Positions 63,670 to 64,000 of a stretch of 64,000 nucleotides of DNA are shown here, piece after piece; positions within the stretch are counted from its first letter, which is position 1, and each line of letters opens with the position of its first letter. Source of the stretch: Eledone cirrhosa (taxonomy: Eukaryota); NCBI GenBank assembly GCA_964016885.1, contig OZ024765.1, positions 22,258,001 through 22,322,000 on the forward strand, in the 5' to 3' direction. The notes under the pieces are model-generated. The model was given only the letters and a program-made list of their open reading frames with translations, was not told the origin of the DNA and ran no database searches. Both the position numbers and the translations under genes were made by a program.

Positions 63670-64000
63670 GTCAGGTATGGCGGCCTTGGCCTCCGGTCCC
63701 CGATCTCACTAGCTTTGCCGGCGTATCTTTCGTCGGTAACCTCGTGCCGCGTCCTCGTCAGCATGGTTCTTCTAAACACAGCAGAACCCTCTGTGTTCGG
63801 AGAACATGAAGCCGCCTGTGAGATGTGGGACCGGCTGGGATTTAACCCAGTAGACGTCCCTCCTCCTTCTCCCCCTGTTAACGTCAAGTCCCCCCAAAGC
63901 AGTTTGGATGCCATCCAGTGCACCCTAGCCTCAGACAGGCTCACACGCCAGCTCAACCAGCACCGCCTTGCCTGTTTTCATGCGGCCTCCAAGCCCCACA
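63670..64000 (+). mobile_element. CRE-clade non-LTR retrotransposon fragment, 5'-truncated, runs off the window
   Basis: Open frame VRYGGLGLRSPISLALPAYLSS...QSSLD...LNQHRLACFHAASKPH (post-RT GGLGLR...PA.LSS motif); starts at a TA tract. Confidence 0.75.

Overview
AT-rich, microsatellite-dense animal genomic DNA. The repeat content (RTE LINEs with (ATG)n tails, CORE- and Meta-type tRNA SINEs, a TTAA-CCCTTTAGCATT MITE) resembles octopus/coleoid cephalopod DNA; this host assignment is inference. One complete protein-coding gene can be reconstructed on the + strand: a cyclooxygenase (prostaglandin G/H synthase) with 10 coding exons (18589-54216, 1836 nt including stop, 611 aa), GT-AG introns throughout and a vertebrate PTGS2-like exon layout. 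Two things stand out. (1) The 3' splice site plus the first 36 nt of COX exon 9 has been amplified into a 115-bp tandem array: 37 in-phase decoy acceptors and 2 older degenerate ones lie upstream of the real exon, and each junction reads CAG|GTGACA, which is both an acceptor and a potential regenerated donor. (2) The window carries many type I hammerhead ribozyme (HHR) motifs from several unrelated families. They sit in fold-back/palindromic elements inserted in (TA)n, in a ~572-bp retrozyme-like tandem array, and in the 5' pLTR of a decayed Penelope-like (probably Naiad) element in intron 1; several are on the pre-mRNA strand. Also present: a 65-bp satellite born inside an RTE ORF, R4/Dong- and CRE-type LINE fragments, Helentron/HINE-like pieces and MITEs. 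All calls are from reading the sequence by eye; no searches or folding programs were run.
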